Assembly (NCBI GenBank): GCA_910592345.1
Contig: CAJVPI010000264.1
Coordinates: 1-38,106 of the forward strand
Direction: 5' to 3'
Length of the DNA stretch: 38,106 nucleotides
Source of the DNA: Paraglomus brasilianum
Taxonomy: Eukaryota
Within the stretch, counting starts at the first letter, position 1. Each line of letters begins with the position of its first letter. This document shows positions 10,727 through 23,788 of this stretch, in pieces. Below the pieces are notes generated by a model. The model saw only the letters and a list, made by a program, of their open reading frames with translations. It had not been told where the DNA came from and made no database searches. The position numbers and the translations under genes are program-made.

Positions 10727-13654
10727 TATTCTCAGCTTGAATCTTTCTTTCTTTCTTTCTTTCTTTCGTTTATCGATGTAGTTAGCATACATATTTATTT
10801 GTACAATTTATTGTTTTGTCATGTATTTTGGCTACCTGTAACTAGGACTATTGTCTGTATAAAATAATTTCGTTGACGAATTTTTAATATGAAAAAGTTA
10901 GTTTTAATTTTGAATTAGGTTTATTCGGTGGTTTGTTGGTTTTTTTTTGCGAGTGGTATCACGTGGACAATAAATACGATTTAATGTCGGAAATAATGGT
11001 CATTATTATTTAGGGTTCAAAAATGTTAGCAATCCGTATTACGTGAACCCACAATTAATAATGACCTAATATTGATACATCATTTAAAAAGAATGTGTGC
11101 ACGCGGTATGGTTTCTAGGTTACCATTTTAAGCGCAGATGAACCTATAAAGTCGGACATTGTGGAAACACAACTAGAAAATATTTCGGAAAGTTCCCACT
11201 ACAATTCTCTTTTCTTGCGTAATTGCAAAATCAATTTAAGGTTTGAAACGCATGTACGGAAAAGTTATACAAGGAGGTATGCAAGCTCTTGTGTATATTC
11301 CAGATCAGAGAACCGCAAATACTCTGACCTAAAAACTTATTTATTCAAATCTGCTTATAAATTCTGACTAAAAGATTGATGTACATATTAATATTACTTC
11401 TCATGGAGTGGCTAGAGTTCTTGGTTAACTTGTCAAACATGGTCAGAACACCAGTAAGACGATTCCTTTTCTCTGTATAATTCTATCTGAGTAGTCGTAA
11501 TTGACACATTCTTTTTCGCCAAGTACTTGTTTGCCCAGGTCACACATTTCCAGATCGTTGAGATGTTACTGCATTAAAAATCTGTTTTCCCAATCGAGAA
11601 TTCTGACAATAAAGACCCTAATAATTGAATGCGCTCAATATGTTAGCTAAAGTGTTTAAAAAAAATCTGCAGTTGAGGAAAACTTTACCTATATGTTAGA
11701 GCTTATGAGGCCCTCAACAGTAACAATTATTATATTCTTCAACAGATGACTTGGATGACACATTGTCTGACGTAGGTACTAAAACAACTAGGAATACGCA
11801 CGTAAAACGAGGTAAACGTAGATTATGTTCGATTTTACTTACATCGGTATTATTCTCCCTTTAATGGTATGCTCGATCGTATATATGCGTGTTTATTGTT
11901 TATTATCAATGGAGATTATTAATCTCGTGACGCCGAATCAGTGATCATGTCTAAATAAACGTAGCCCTCGTATTTGTGTTAAAAGAGTTAATTAATTATA
12001 CAGGCAAACTCAATAAGTCGGTCGACACGTGTGAAATTGTAAATTCTTATAATGCACGAGTCCAAAAGTAAAGTACTTTCGACAGGTCAATCTCACGTAA
12101 TATTTAATGGTTATGATTTTTTTTAACAGTTCATATTTTGTATTAAAAACTTGTATTAAAGTAGGGGAGCAAAGCTATTTATCGTATGTATATTGAGACA
12201 ATGGGTTGTACTTTAGAAACGAGCTAAATTTTCAATAATAATGATAAATGTTTTTTATTGTATTCGACAAAGTTGCCTTGGAAAATATTCAAAGTCTATA
12301 CGACTATGCAATAAGATGACGAAGTAAAGTGACTACTATACTTCTTTCAGAAACGAGAACTAAATAAAAATATTTCTTTTGATATTAGCTTGTTCAAACA
12401 GTTATTTTTAATTTAGTGTCACGTGCTTCTCCAAATCAATCGATTTACCTAAACAGCTTTTGTTTTGACGCTCAGATTTAGCTTTCTTTTCTCTTCTCTT
12501 TCCTTCTTTTATATTAAAAACGCGAGAGTAAACAAACGCTTAATTTACGTATATGTCGGTATCTCTAACTTGTATTTTTAGCGAGTACTAATCCCACACA
12601 TTTTACTGTAATCCGAACTCTGCCCACCAAAGCATTGATATCACGTAATTTTAGAATTACAAAATGTATAAAGAATCCGTCGAATACTTTTAATATTTTA
12701 TCGCACCTTCCCTTTGTCTATATTGTTACCAAACGTCATCTGTAAAGTTTTCTTAGTGTACACGAACTGTCACGCCAGCTACCAAAGCATACAGGAAGGT
12801 ACCAAATGTATCAAAATTTAATAATTTTAATAAAATCGTTAATATGTAAATTCTCGTGTAATTTTTATACCAAAAAGACTTTTTTATTGCTTAATGGGCA
12901 ACGATACAACACCTTTTAGTGAAGGAAGACAAATTTCAATTAAGCTATCATAGATTGTAAAAACCGGTTTTAAAAATCTCTATTATTTTCGATTTTTCGC
13001 ATACGTGCGTAATATGCCTTTGTGGAGAATATTTACTAAGACGTTAAATGCCATTTTCATAAAATTCTCTTCTGGCTTTCTCTACATTTTCAACCAGATT
13101 TTTAAACTGAAAATATAGACCCGTCTGGCTGGAATGGCTTTTTTCGAGAACGCAGAACCCCATTTTTCTTATAAAGTGCTCGACGAATTGTTTGTTACTG
13201 TATAGAAATTTGATTTCAGCAGAAAACATGTTAGAAAATTTCTGATTGTCTTGTTTCCTTGTTTATTTTTGAGAACCCATACTAATACCGATACCCTTCA
13301 ATATTTACCCCTTTTTTTGGCCGTGGCTTCTCCAGCACATTCATGTCCATTAGTATATCCAACAGCATACACGTGGAAGCTGTCTATTTACTGGGATTAT
13401 TATATCGCGTTCGATATTTTCTTGCACATTTCGATCATAAAAAGTTTGTTTACTTGTTTCTTTATTTTACCAAGATAACCTATTGTAGATTAACATTTGA
13501 CAAAAGCAAAGCAACAGAGACTGGGTTTTCCTGTCAACAAAGTAATTGGGCAAACGATAACCATTTTTACTTATAGCATTACCTCAATTATTTTTCTTAA
13601 CATCAATACATAAGTTCTGCCTTTATGCCTGCAGCTGAACTGGAGTTGTACCTA

Positions 13655-16124
13655 TTATCGATCTCTAGTAGGTAGGAGTTTACTAGAATATTTACTCTCC
13701 TTCTCAAAACGTGACAAGGGTTTTACGTCGTTTTGATAGATGGTATCCCAAATGGGGTCATCAGAATCCATTATATCCCATTGAAGATTTAGGCGAAAAG
13801 AATCGATATTTGGACGTTTGTCAGGATTGGCAGCGCAACACAGCATGGCAAGACCCTTATAAACTGTTGGTACTGAATAAGGCATCCATGGTCGTAATCC
13901 ATTCGAAACATCGCGTACTAAACTATTATCAAATTGTCTATTTCTGAAAGGCGGTTCACCGCTAGCAAGCAAATACATAATAATACCGAAGGCATATACG
14001 TCCGATTTCTTGGTAAATTTGCCTGTAGTAAAAACTTCCGGCGCGACAAAAGGCAAGACTCCTTTAATGGAAGTTGACTCGTATTTCTCTGATCGAGCTA
14101 GACCAAAATCGAGTATAAATGGCCTAGGCAGAGAAGAATCTCGCCACTTGACATCCACGGCTATGTTGCCTCCATGGAGATTTCTGTGTACCAATCCGCA
14201 GCGATGAATCCAATGCAGACCAAGCGCAAGGTCAATCAAAAACTTACATTTCATCTTCCACGTCATTTGGTTAAAATTTTGATCCAGATAAGACCAAATA
14301 TTCCCATGCTTAGCATATTGCGAAATAATCATGTATTCGCGTGTCTCCCGTTGTCGTGTAACTCCATAATGTCTTAGAAAATCTCCGCTGGAGGAAAAAT
14401 GAGCCAAACATTTGGCTTGATTTACGACCTATGAAGAAAAATAATAAAATGTTCAGATCCAGCATAACTTGAATTAATAAGGTTAGAGATTGCTTACCTC
14501 GAAAATAAACAAGTCCATCATCTCTTCATAATTTTTAAAGCGCCTGAGAACAACAAGTTCTTCAGCGTTTTTATATTTGGCAGTATAGACTGTTGCATAA
14601 CCACCCGATCCAATCTCTTCGATTTCATTAACGTCGATATCCTGAATTATCTGTAAATCATCATCAGACGGCAGATGCAAATGTTTATCCAGTATCGTGT
14701 CTATCTCATGGTGGAATATTAAATAATAGTCTCGCGTAGATGACTCTTGAGTGATACCAATGATCCAAACATTATCAGTTCCTGACAATATCTCCGGGTA
14801 ATCTTTGGTCAACTATTGGTTAAACAATACAATCAGATTAAAACACGTCCTCACCATCTGAATGTAATAATATCGCTATATTATTTACGTGTAGAAGTTC
14901 TTTTACCTTGTAAAATCAAACGACTGAGCATACTGTCCATCGACTATCTTCTTCAGTATCACTCTAATTAATTTATTTCTTGCCGGTTCTAAACAATCAG
15001 CTGTATGTGTGCATCCATGGTGTAATGACGGGGTCTCTCGCACGTTCGTCAACCGAGGATACTCTATCCATCGTAGATAGTTATCGTCATCAAACACAGC
15101 ATCACGCCACGATTTTTCTATAAACGAATCCAATGCCTTGTTGCCGGTAGTCCAACCAAGAGCCGTGGTTTTGCACGAAAAACAGAATGACTTTAACACA
15201 GGTTTTAATTGTTCTGTACATGCTAGACAAAGTCCAACTTCATTTATATCTTTAACTAAAAAATATGCGTGTGATTCATCATCAAATGTAAATCCGATAG
15301 TGCTCCAGACATTAGGATTAAGCATATCCGGATGGTCATCACATAACTGGAGGAAATCAAAAGTTAATAACTAGTAACATAATATTCACAAACATTAGTA
15401 GTTTTACCTTATCATAATCCGTTTCATCCGTTATCTCGAGCGGAACCAATTTTAAATGAGAAAGAATGGAGGGATTATATGTAGTCATGACATTTCCGTA
15501 ATCGTCAATACAATCGAATGGAATCCATTCCAAATAGGCATCATTTGCTGATTTTGTTTGTAATTGAGATTTCCTAATAAACTCATCAAGTTTCTTATTA
15601 TTGCTAGTCCATCCATCGAACACTTCTTTATGGCCACAAATGCACCACACGGGACTACATCTCAGCAATCCGCATGCTGAGCAGAAGCCATATAGGTAAT
15701 AATTATGATAAAAGCGTTCGTCAGCTACCAGATAATAATTATCATAATACTTGGTAAACCCTGTTATGTCAATATCAATCCGATATCTTTTGAAATAACT
15801 GACACTAGCCTTCAGTGCATTAATACGTTGTTCTGTCAGAAGTGAGTATATTCTGGCAAGCTCATTTATATATTCTGGTGTACATTTTTCGGCGTTTCCA
15901 AGTAATAACAGCATGATGTCTGTCTCGTCAACGCATGTGACATGAATGACGGTTTGACCGTTAATGCTTTGCGGACTTGACACTATGCCAGTATAGTTCG
16001 TTATATTGATCCATTCAAGACAAGTGCCGTTTGCCGTCCGCTCAATCAAATTGTCGATTGCCGGACATCCTGAAGCATGAGAAGACGACGAATTGGAAGT
16101 AAAATTCGAGATAGAATTACCCAT
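13655..16124 (-). CDS. Glomeromycota-type tyrosine-kinase-like (pseudo)kinase with tandem N-terminal modules; 4 exons (16124-15408, 15346-14907, 14812-14498, 14428-13655); apparent 1-nt frameshift at the exon 2/3 junction
   Basis: Kinase motifs IGSGGYATVY, HRNLHGGNI, ILDFGLA, GVLPFVAPE, KSDVYAFGIIM, CCAANPDKRP. N-terminal WTS/TGN...LD.FI...YL.WI repeats. GT-AG introns. Start MGNSIS. Confidence 0.88.
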
Positions 16125-19000
16125 CGTGATCCGTAACCAAATTGCCACGAACACGTTCCAATAAATATTACCATTCACGTGATATTGATAAAATATGAGA
16201 TCGATCGAAAGATTATCAAACAGAAGCCAACTTGGAATCAGTTAAAGAATGAAAACAATTATACAGAGTCTTATACACCCCTTACCAAAAGTATACAAGA
16301 TTCTGTTAGTAAACATATGAAATATCGAAACAAGTGCTAATAAAATTTGTTATAGCTAAACGACCGTAGTTTTAATGAAAGCTTCATATCAATATTACGT
16401 TTACATCAAAATTTGTCATTAATTTCCAGGTGGTCATAGAATCCCGATAGTCATAGTCGAAATTGCGACATGCCAATAAACGTCAGTAGATAAACGTTGC
16501 TAAAATTAGATCAATTAGTAAGCTTAGACAATATATAAGCAGTGTAAATTTTAGCTAGATTCTGTGTGCGTGTGTGTTAAATTGCTTTCGATTTCTTTAT
16601 TATTGTAAATATTTCTAATAAACTAGTAGTTTTTTATACTCTGAAATACATTATTAATGATTCGTTCTCCGGTAAATTGTCGGCATAGTTATAAAACCGT
16701 TAAGCTCTATATCGATTAACCGTGATTATTCCCACACCAACCTGTAGACTACCAATTTAATCCCACCGGTAGCATACTCGAGGACGGATTAATTATCGAG
16801 GATTAATGTCTACGCATCGACACTGAGATGTGTAGAAAAGCCTAGTGTTAAAGGTCACTAATCGTTTTTTATTTAACTAAAAGTAGGAGAGCCCGTGATT
16901 GTTGACTCGACAACGATTATATCGAATACACGTAATTTACAATGTATTCCAGAGTATAAAGAATTACTCGTTTATTAGGAATCGAATGCATAAGGACACA
17001 CCGAATCTAACAGAAAATTGCGCTTCTTATATAACTATTCGAGATGTCGGTTTTGCTCTTTTTGTTAGCGCACGCGGATGTCACTTTTTCCTAATTGGTG
17101 AACTATTTTGTGCAATTATTGATGTCGTGCGCGTGGATGTCAGTAAATATGGACAATACTGATCTAAAAATTTTTGTGACCCCATCTGAGTTACGCAGAA
17201 ATTAGAAGGAATACACACCATCATTAATATTAGTCCCCAATTAAGCGGTCAGCTGTAGAACTTCTAATTTTTAACCGCAATAATGCGTCTCGTTTGCGTA
17301 GAAGCTAATTCTTTAGCAAGGCACATATATAAAGTCATACAGATGTTTAAGCCAGTTTCAACAGATCAATAAAGAAAAATCGAGTTGGCTAATATAGGCA
17401 ATTATAGTATAAAATTTAAATGATGTTAACAATTTTATTAAATCAGTTAAATCTCGACCACCGCGCAGGTAGTTTTCTATTACAAGCTCAACCGCATATC
17501 CACATTTCATTAAATTAGCTGTCCTTCGAGCTGTGGTTTGGGTTGCCTTTGTTTTTGTTTTCACTGTAGCTTCCATAGGGGGTAGCTGACAATTTGACTT
17601 GAAAACGCCATGTCTGACACAATCAACATATAATATACAATTAGTTAATAATTTCATATAAACAGGTCCGACGTTAAACTTTATTGATCAGGGAGAACAA
17701 ACAGCGAGCGCAGAGTGATGACATGAATGAAGACGCTATACAAAAGAATAATAAATTCCCTATTTCTAAAGTACACAGTAGTAGCAGGGTGTCTTATTGT
17801 GAATAACCTTAACTTAGCAGTTGCAATAACCGAAGAGTTAGTCCATTTCAATCTAGAAGCACATCAAGGCTGATTATATTAAGAATTATGTCAAGTTCAA
17901 CAGCTGTGACAGCATAACATATTAAGTCTACGCCTGATGGGCCTTGTTTGCTAAAACCAGAGACGTTGAGGAATTTCATTCAAAGTTTATATCTGATATC
18001 CATTTCGTATATATGAGCAAATTATTAAGTTGACAAATTATATTAGCATATAAAGTTAACTGGGTTCGAGCTTGCAGTAAATATCGCTGAAGATAAACAT
18101 AGCAAAAAGATCAATAATATGCTCTTAATCAAGTACCATCAATAGTTATACTGATTATCGAATTGAGTAAGTACAATTAAGAGTAAAGGGCCGATTGAAC
18201 CGTTCAACCCGATTGTCACAGGCTAAAACAATCGTTACGACAGCCCTATTTGTCAAACAATTTAGTCTGCCAGAGTGAAATTCGCCAAGTAGATGAGCAG
18301 GAATACTGAACAACAGCAGCAGCAGTGGACAGCAGGCAATCTTGATTGTCAATTTGCTGATGTATCATTCATTATCTGCAAATATGCGAGCAGAAATGGT
18401 TAGATTTCAAGTCGAGCTGTATAAGATAGATACCTAATCAGTTGCTCATTTATCAGAGGACTTTTATATGTGATCTCCCGGTTGTGGTTGAACAATTAGC
18501 CCTGACTTATTTATGGCATCAGTATTTTTGTGGCTGCTTTCCTTTATTTAATATCAAGAGAACGCCTCCGCCAAGAACGGGCCGTTTTTGCAATGTTTGA
18601 AATAAGTTTCACAAAGATTTGGGATTGGACTACTGGGTTTCAGGGAATGTTTCCGACTTCGGTGTCACATGCATACAATCTCATAATCGGTGATAGAACC
18701 GGGTAATGTATTACTTAGTCAGTGACATCAATGTTATATATCACTAACTATAGTTTATATTACTAATGTATAGTTACATACTTTGACCAAATAAAAATTT
18801 AATTTTGTGTATTATTCTGGCAATTGCGCACACTTGGAGATCCTTCCGATAACTATTTATAAACAACAATCCATCCCAACTTTCCAAAAATAAATACGGA
18901 GGACTCGAGAACAAGACCGAGGGAAAACTAAGGAATAGAAGCGTAACAAGGCCAACCTACTACGTTGAATACAAAATTTATATTCAAATAAATTAAAACT

Positions 19001-19591
19001 ATGGCAGAACGAGATAGAGAACGGGATAGAGAACGGGATAGAGGGCAAGGAGAAGCTGACAATTACTACAGTCAATATTCCCAGCCAGGATACCCTCCTC
19101 AGTCAGGATATCCTCCTCAGTCAGGATATCCTCCTCAGTCAGGATACCCTCCCCAGTCAGGTTATCCTCAACAAGGCTATTCTGAAGACCGGAACAAAGG
19201 ATATCCTTATCCTCCTCCACAAGGCTATCCTCAAGACGACTATTACAAAGGACAAGGATATCAGCCAGGACAATATCCTCCACCCAACGCATATAATCCA
19301 TATGGTCCCTCAGGCGGGTATTCACCGACTCCTCCACCAACAACTGTCGTCGTTCAGCAAGAAAAGAAGAGTAGTAGTAGTGGATTGTGTCTAGGCTGGT
19401 AAGTAGTGATAGAGTCGGTCATGCACTAACAATAGCTTTTACGTTCTGTCGAAACTTGTGTTATTTGAATATCCATCATTGTGATTCTCATAATACAGGA
19501 ACATCCTCAAACCTATACTAACCTTTATCTCTATTTTTTTCGTAGTGCTATCGGTGCCTGTTTATGCTGCTGTCTCGATTGTCTCGATTAA
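19001..19591 (+). CDS. CYSTM (cysteine-rich transmembrane module) protein with Pro/Gln/Tyr-rich N-terminus; 2 exons (19001-19398, 19546-19591)
   Basis: GYPPQS repeats, TVVVQQEKK, and a spliced C-terminus GLCLGCAIGACLCCCLDCLD*. Intron GTAAGT...TACTAAC...TAG. Confidence 0.9.
19088..19170 (+). repeat. 18-bp coding tandem repeat (GYPPQS, ~4.5 copies)
   Basis: Units ggata(c/t)cctcctcagtca read directly. Confidence 0.9.
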
Positions 19592-19606
19592 AACCATTAA
19601 TTCTGC

Positions 19607-19657
19607 TCCCCTCCTCCCTCCCTCTCCCTCCCTCTCCTCTCCTCTCCTCTCCTCTCC
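19607..19657 (+). repeat. Polypyrimidine (CTCCT)n-type microsatellite in the CYSTM 3' region
   Basis: Direct reading: cccctcctccctccctctccctccctctcctctcctctcctctcctctcc. Confidence 0.8.
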
Positions 19658-21499
19658 TTCAGATAGATTTTTCTGAACCCATCCTCTTTCTCAGACGACA
19701 GAGTACGTCTATCTCTGATATCACTCATATATCTTTCTTGTAATTTCTTTATGTCAAATAAGCTGTATTTGAACTTTATACGTTCCATTTGTAGTTAGGT
19801 TTAGGTTGATGCTGGGTTACGCCAAATATTATAAAGCATGGTTTCTTGTTAGACTTACACGCAGTCACACGAATATTATTCTTCAATTTAGTTTCATCTC
19901 GTACAATTAATGTAGTAATAACAAATAATACGTGAGATTACTATGAATAAGTGTATCAAGCAAAAAAACACGCCGTTGATATTGGAAACCTATGGTGGCG
20001 TCCAGCAAACGTCGCAATGAGGGCTGCTAATAGTAAACATAGATAATTCGCAAATGAGAGCATGTATCGGATGCGATGATCATTTCATCATATTTACAAT
20101 TGTCAGCGATATTAACAACGTATACAGCATGCGTGCAAACGTGGTTGGATAAAGGGATATAGTAACCTAACTTGGAATGAAAACTTGCAAAGTAAACTTT
20201 ATTAACTCGCGCAATTTTTCACTGTAAAATTGGTATTCATGATAGCTTCAATATGAGAAATATCTCACAATCGACATGATATTCAAAAATGTCTCGCCTT
20301 ACTATTACGAACCTAATTTCTTTTAATTATTAAAGTATTACAATATTGTAAAGAAAAATTATACCTTACTTTTTATATAATTCCTTATGTCCCGATTTGT
20401 TTGTTACAGTGAAGACAAAAACCTTTTATATATCAAAAGAGTGTGTCAAGAATTGACATATAGCATCAAATCGTAAGGTATATCGAAAAATCGTTACATG
20501 AAAATACGTTTCACAGTGCGAATATCAACTGTTAAATAACGTGAGAATGACTAAATATCCGTATTAGTATGTTCACGCTGCCAAGACTATTATTAATGTT
20601 AACCGAACGTGAAACCTCCCAATACTTAGTCTATTTGTCCGAAATTGAAAGCAACTTGGTCAGTGCTATTTATAAAACCAGCCATATTAATGTTAATGTG
20701 GTTTCTGGGCATTATGGTTTAATTGGGTTGATTAAACCCAAATAGAGTTTATAAATTATATTGTGTTAGAGGTCATGCCACATCAGACTTTTACATCCAA
20801 GTTTTATTACTACAGCACTTTGTAGTGTTTTTTCGGTTACGTTGTGGATAGGTATAATCATATTTTATTCATGGATTAACATGCATACAATATACTATAC
20901 AATATCTCCCACTGGCTATAATTAACATGCTGGAATGCAAAATTATCCTTTGACTTGGACGAAGAATGAGAATTGCCGAATCTATACTTCATCAGACATG
21001 AGTTGTTAATTAAATTGACATGCTATAAGTGTCGTGCTTGAACTATTGGTGGTGGAAACATTCAACTACTTAACCAACGCTATTCGATAATTGAGATGCG
21101 TCAAGTCGCGTCTTATTGTCGATAACAGTTAGATAATCATTACGCTTTATCCTGGAGATTAATATTGGCGCAGACGAAGTACTATCGAGAATTAGAATAA
21201 AATTTAAGTTTGTAACGCAGTCACATTGTATCTAGTGTTAGCCAATAAGGAGTTGATCTCGTCAGAAACCAGTGTATTAGTAGTTTACAATTCCAGAAAT
21301 AATTTATTATTCACATTCTAATAGGTTCACTATCTGTTACTCTTCCACCACATTATCACCATTCTCGTGTACTGTACAAATAACGTATGTTACTTTTTTC
21401 TGTGCAACAGTTATGACGATTTAAAGAAATACTAATTGCAGATCAAAAGTTAATAGTTTCTCTTTGTTCACAACTAATAAAAGGCGCAACAAATACCCA

Positions 21500-22103
21500 A
21501 TGTCGGCCAATATTCAGATCCAACAGAAAACTTCCATGCCCTCTCCAATAACTTGTCATGTTCTTGACTCTTCGCGTGGTCTTCCTGCGTCTGGAGTACG
21601 AGTTCAACTGGAGTTGAAGAGCCCGCCTGAAACTAATAGTAAAACCGAGGATTGGAGTTTTATTGCGGAAGGGTATTTAGATCAACCGTGTCGCTAATAG
21701 AAAATGCTATTATCCAAACTGATGTAGTATATTTTGCGGGATTGTCTTTATAGGGAGACAAACAATGACGGCAGAATCCCAAACCTGATCAATCCAGATC
21801 TGCTTCCACCAGATTGGAAGAAATCATTAAAGTTGTTTGACTACGGTGATGGGTCACCCGCAAAGGCCATATTCAGAACCACTTTCTATACGAAAGAATA
21901 TTTCGACAAATTGAAACAAAAGACCTTTTATCCTTATGTTCAGGTATAGACAAATCGATCGATTGTCTTTGAATGTGTCATTGCATGATTTATTTACACA
22001 TCCTCTTCTGTAGATAACCTTTCAAATAGAAGATGTGAATCAGCACTATCATGTTCCATTATTACTGAGTCCGTTCTCATACACAACCTACAGAGGCAGC
22101 TAA
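21500..22103 (+). CDS. 5-hydroxyisourate hydrolase (transthyretin-like); 3 exons (21500-21672, 21754-21943, 22014-22103); alternative ATG at 21536
   Basis: SPITCHVLDSSRGLPA, TNNDGRI, FYPYVQITF, HYHVPLLLSPFSYTTYRGS*, which carries the diagnostic C-terminal YRGS. Confidence 0.95.
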
Positions 22104-22315
22104 CTTAGGATGGACTTCAATTTTATCCAACAAATGCATGCAAAAGTTTCCCGGAGACGAGCAGATCAAGCTAATTGTATCACATTCATTATTATTATCA
22201 TTACGATTAGTCACGGACATGTGTAATTATAAAATGCCCAATTAAAACCTTCATACAGCCACAGTTATGGAATGTCCGATATTTCTCTATTTGTGTTAGC
22301 TCTACAAAGTCCATT

Positions 22316-23395
22316 TTAAACTCGCTGTGCCCTCCAATCCAACCAGGCTTCATCATCTCCCTCATCGTCATCATCATCGTCATCTTCACTCATGCCATCG
22401 ACCGTACCTCCACCACTCGTCTCAACGACCATTTGCCCTTCTCGCTTCTCTTTGACTATCCTGGCAGCCTGCTTCAATTTCTCCAACCTACTCAGACACA
22501 TGTCATGTTCTCTCTCTTGCATTTCATCCCGATCTCGCTGTAATTCTTCTTCGTCAGCATCAGCTATTTCGTTTGATACTTCTGTTTCTTTAGTGATAAG
22601 TTTCTGAAATAGTTGCCACTCTGATTCATCGACTGTAGTCGGAGCAGGGTCATTTTTAGAAGCATCAAAGAAATCTGCGGGGAGTGAATTGTCAGCGTCT
22701 TTCGACGGTTGTGATGTAGATTCGGAAGTTATAGACATTTCTGAGACTGCTTGCGCAGTGGTTGAGGTGTCATCGAAAAAATCGGATGGGAGTTGAGCAG
22801 GTGTATCGGCATCGAGGGTCATTGATTCGGACAACGCAAGGCGGGCGCGCTTTTCTTGCGGTTGATCTTCGTCACTTGACAAATTGCTTCTGTCATCTTC
22901 ATCGTACGCTGTCGAGCTTCCAATAGAGGCATTCGTCGCTGCTATATTATTGCTGCCATCATTGCTATTTTTTATAGTACTATTCGTACTCGTATTCGCT
23001 TCACCACTGCCAGTAATTACGTGTTCTGTCTTGGACATTCCTGCTTCAATTGCATCAAGCTTTCTTTTGTGGATACCGTCACCTTTTTTTGTTTCCCCTG
23101 CGCCTTCCGTTTCCTTGTTGTCCAGTGTTCCCCTCTTTTCTCTGAGTTTTCTCAATTGTTCTTTATGGCCTGAGCCATTCAAATGCGCATTCCATAATGT
23201 TTCGCTCTTGATCTGTATACCACATAATGTACAGATGAGTTTGTTGTTTATATAGGTCGCTAGAGGATGTGTGATTTTCTTAGTGGATGTCGGTGTTTTT
23301 GACTTGTCTTTTGAGGAAGATTTACGTTGAGACAGTGTGGAAGCAAAGAGCTTGCGGAGTTCTTTGGATTTTTCGGGCTTACTCATTGTTAACAT
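22316..23395 (-). CDS. ZNF830/CCDC16-like zinc finger and coiled-coil protein, single exon, 359 aa
   Basis: ITHPLATY, C2H2/matrin-like finger CTLC...WNAHLNGSGH, LPSDFFD/LPADFFD motifs, EWQLFQKLI, acidic tail ending DWRAQRV. Confidence 0.85.
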   Translation of the reverse strand: MLTMSKPEKSKELRKLFASTLSQRKSSSKDKSKTPTSTKKITHPLATYINNKLICTLCGIQIKSETLWNAHLNGSGHKEQLRKLREKRGTLDNKETEGAGETKKGDGIHKRKLDAIEAGMSKTEHVITGSGEANTSTNSTIKNSNDGSNNIAATNASIGSSTAYDEDDRSNLSSDEDQPQEKRARLALSESMTLDADTPAQLPSDFFDDTSTTAQAVSEMSITSESTSQPSKDADNSLPADFFDASKNDPAPTTVDESEWQLFQKLITKETEVSNEIADADEEELQRDRDEMQEREHDMCLSRLEKLKQAARIVKEKREGQMVVETSGGGTVDGMSEDDDDDDDEGDDEAWLDWRAQRV

Positions 23396-23788
23396 ACAAA
23401 AGAGTATTTTATAATTTTATTATTATACTCGACAAAAATGCGGTAACGTGACTTTGTTTATATGACTAAACATACTAATACCTAATTTGGGAATGATATG
23501 AATTTCCCAAAGTTCGATGGCAGAAACTGACGCCCCGCCAATTGACAACATAGACTACCACTATATATCGGCGAATGGACAAAGTCGCTTCCATCCGTTG
23601 ACAATCACTTTGCTACAGACGACCACACCTCAAACGGCGGTTTACCATACTCCCAAAAAATCGATAGTTTGGTCACGTGCCTACATCAACACATGCTTTA
23701 TTCTCAGCCCACATTCTAATGATACGAAGTCACATGAAAACTGGATCGATAGAGTTTTATTTAGTTCGGCGGGATAGGTCTTTACACT

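Noticed and set aside
11136..11370. Possible MITE starting cagatgaacctataaagtcggaca
   Set aside because: No partner TIR or TSD found.
12770..13330. TE-like non-coding stretch ending ...cccttttttt ggccgtg
   Set aside because: Could not pair the ends as TIRs; ORFs here are short and featureless.
17358..17657. 99-aa minus-strand ORF
   Set aside because: No recognisable motif or convincing splice structure.
18061..18080. GGTTCGAG resembling a tRNA T-loop
   Set aside because: No T-stem, acceptor stem or A-box.
19088..19170. Regular repeats that could be mistaken for a CRISPR array
   Set aside because: Contiguous coding repeats without spacers in a eukaryotic gene.
18999..19343. Antisense ORF with EEDILT repeats, and other antisense ORFs (9322-9804, 22884-23255, 29040-29471, 30407-30736, 32315-32728)
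   Set aside because: These are shadows of real genes on the opposite strand.
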